Origin: Jimgerdemannia flammicorona
Lineage: Eukaryota
Reading direction: 5' to 3'
Assembly (NCBI GenBank): GCA_003990765.1
Contig: RBNJ01000204.1
Coordinates: forward strand, 1 to 36,711
Length of the DNA stretch: 36,711 nt
Of the stretch, positions 34,555 through 36,711 are shown piece after piece; positions within the stretch are counted from its first letter, which is position 1; every line of letters starts with the position of its first letter. The position numbers and the translations under genes are program-made. The notes beneath the pieces were generated by a model. The model saw nothing but the letters and a program-made list of their open reading frames with translations. It was not told the DNA's origin and ran no database searches.

Positions 34555-36161
34555 AGTAAGAGATAAAAGTAATTAAATATTATCTTATTATTATTATTTC
34601 ATTATATTGTAACTTAAATATAAGTTCAATTAAATTTATATTATAACTAATAATTTAATAATTCTAGAGCTTCTAAAAAATATTAGGTTTAATTTATTAT
34701 ATTAATTATATATAAAGTTTTTAATATTTAAAGTAGAGTTACTAATTTGATCACTTTTGTCCCTGATGTATTATTATATCCATTTTATTGATAACTTTAA
34801 TATTTTATATAACCACTCTTGGCTTTGAATATAGCTACAATATATCTCAGTATACTCTCTACTAAATCAGTATAAATATTATTAGGAACCTTATTCTACT
34901 TATCTTCTACTTATTCTCAAAGTATCTACATATATTCTCTTTTATACTTTCTTATATGTATTGAGTCTCTGTTTGATATACTACTATAGATATTCTATAG
35001 GATTCAGATCAGAAGATTGAGCAGACTAGTCTAATAAGTAAATCAAATAGCTCATGAATTATTTCTGTACCAAACTACATATATACTTTGAATTATTATC
35101 TTGCTAAAATAAATTTTTTTTTTGGTGACATCTTAAAATATTTGATGAATTTCTTTAGTTCATCATTAAGGATACTTTTATAGAATATATCATCTATTTT
35201 ACTATCTATTTTGCATATATATCTAATATTGATATATGATATATAGCTCCAAATCATCACTGAACTATCTTCAAATTTACACAATAGTACTAGTTATATA
35301 TATAGCAGTCTTTAAGTAGTATACCAGGTTTAGATTTCTTTTATATCTATAGGTATCCATCAGAGCTAAAGCAGTTGATCTTGGTCTTATCTGAGAAAAT
35401 AACACATTTCTAATCATTAACTACATATCTAATTCTTATATTTTTAGATAAATTTATATTAAATCTTCTTATAGCATATAAACAATCTCAGTTTTTTTTA
35501 CTTGATAATAGTTTTTATATCTACTTTTTTCAGTATTCTACATATGATCTTGGTACTGACAGTTTTTCTATCTTCTTTTATCAGTTTAGTAATTTTAGAG
35601 ATAGTTTCAATCTTACTAGAGATAATTTGGTAAACTACTCATAATGAGTTATAAGAGATAAGTATATATAGATAGGTAGCTGTTTTTTGATCTAATAGTA
35701 ATATCAATATAATTCTTCTTTCTTATTTATATGACACATCCATAACTAATATCTATCTCTTTGAAAATCTTATATATAGATATATATACTGAAATATAGT
35801 ATATTGATTATATAGTTATGAATATTGACAGAGAGCTTTTTCATTATTTTTAAAATATTTTGAAAGTTAGAATTAATAGAGTATATTAATAAGAATAATA
35901 GAAAAAAATTCTGTAGTGATAGAATAAGTATATTTGAAACAATTACCTGAAGATAGTTCAAATAAAGATAGGAGACAAAGTGATCAAATCCATAACTCTA
36001 CTTTAAATACTATAAACTCTATATATAATTAATAAAATAAATTAAAACTAATATTTTTTGAAAGCTTTAGAATTACTAAATTATTGGTTATAATATAAGC
36101 TATAATATAATAAAATAGTAATAATAAGATAACATTTGATTATTTTTATATATCTCTTACT
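34555..36161 (-). mobile_element. Tc1/mariner DNA transposon with ~200-bp TIRs
   Basis: TIRs 34555-~34763 and ~35970-36161; TA TSD (34553-34554, 36162-36163). Confidence 0.88.
34797..35844 (-). pseudogene. Tc1-type DDE transposase
   Basis: FSDKTKINCFSSDG, SVMIWSYI, D*SAQSSDLNPIENI*, AKSGYIKY*. Confidence 0.88.
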
Positions 36162-36711
36162 TAGTTCAAAGTAAAGAAATAAGAGAACTAGTAAGCCTAC
36201 AGATAGATATACTTCAAACTCACCTACTTTCACATCTCTAAGAACTCTAAAGAGTCAAAGAAGATTAAGTATTTAAGATAAAAAAATCTACTATATTTCT
36301 GAGATTAAGTATCTGCTATATTATACTAGCTAAGATAAGATATTTAATATTAAAAAAAGATAAAAAAATTTAATAAAATCTTGATATTAAGAAAAAAAAT
36401 TTTAAGTATTTAAAAAGTACTGAGATATTATAGAATATTTAAGAAATAATTAAAAAAAAAAACTAGAGAAAGATATATATAAAAATTAAGTTATAACTAA
36501 TGAAATTATTATATAATAATTCAAATTAGTATAATATTAATTAGCTAATAAATATATAAATTCTTCTATTTTTGATATTAAATAAAGTTAGTTCAGTTTA
36601 GTTTAGTTTTATTCTTATATAACTCTATATACATAACTTCTTTATTAAAGAGTTTTAATAATAATTTTTATGTTTTTATATTTTTATGTTTTTTTTTTTT
36701 TTTTTTTTTTT

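Larger units (their letters stand above)
33390..36325 (+). mobile_element. 3' fragment of a C-related Ty3 element (ORF3 tail, PPT, LTR from 33974), split by two MITEs and Tc1
   Basis: LVYF*EVVLENFI*IRRYY*ENII matches C ORF3; 33974-34074, 34408-34554 and 36164-36325 match the reverse complement of the C LTR. Confidence 0.75.

Noticed and set aside
36326..36711. AT-rich end with a terminal poly(T)
   Set aside because: Low complexity and truncated by the window edge; cannot be assigned.

Overview
No intact host gene is present. The window is a deeply nested pile of decayed transposable elements from an AT-rich eukaryote, most likely a fungus (inferred from a GT..CTAAC..AG intron, a chromovirus, a Zn2Cys6-like motif and RIP-like transitions). 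Target-site duplications (TSDs) resolve the nesting. An intron-containing hAT transposase remnant is split by Ty3/gypsy element C (326-32906, minus strand, TSD ATAT). C contains three insertions: chromovirus A (912-15394, minus, TSD TTAAT), which itself carries a near full-length L1/Tx1-like LINE B (4904-10697); a young CpG-retaining poly(A) retroposon E (17684-18870, 15-bp TSD) inserted in the YIDD motif of C's RT; and Ty3 element D (22565-32820, plus, TSD CTAT) inserted in C's 5' LTR. To the right, a 3' fragment of a C-related element carries two hAT-type foldback MITEs and a Tc1 transposon. Most notable: three different Ty3 families (A, C, D) appear to carry the same uncharacterised accessory protein (motifs YYxIGxxL and KRxYxxF). 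It lies downstream of integrase in C and D but inside the U3 of both LTRs in A. D also carries a GAL4-like Zn cluster, further Cys motifs and a dUTPase between protease and RT, and a TAATG-coupled separate integrase ORF. All translations were done by eye through many stops, so internal domain boundaries are approximate.
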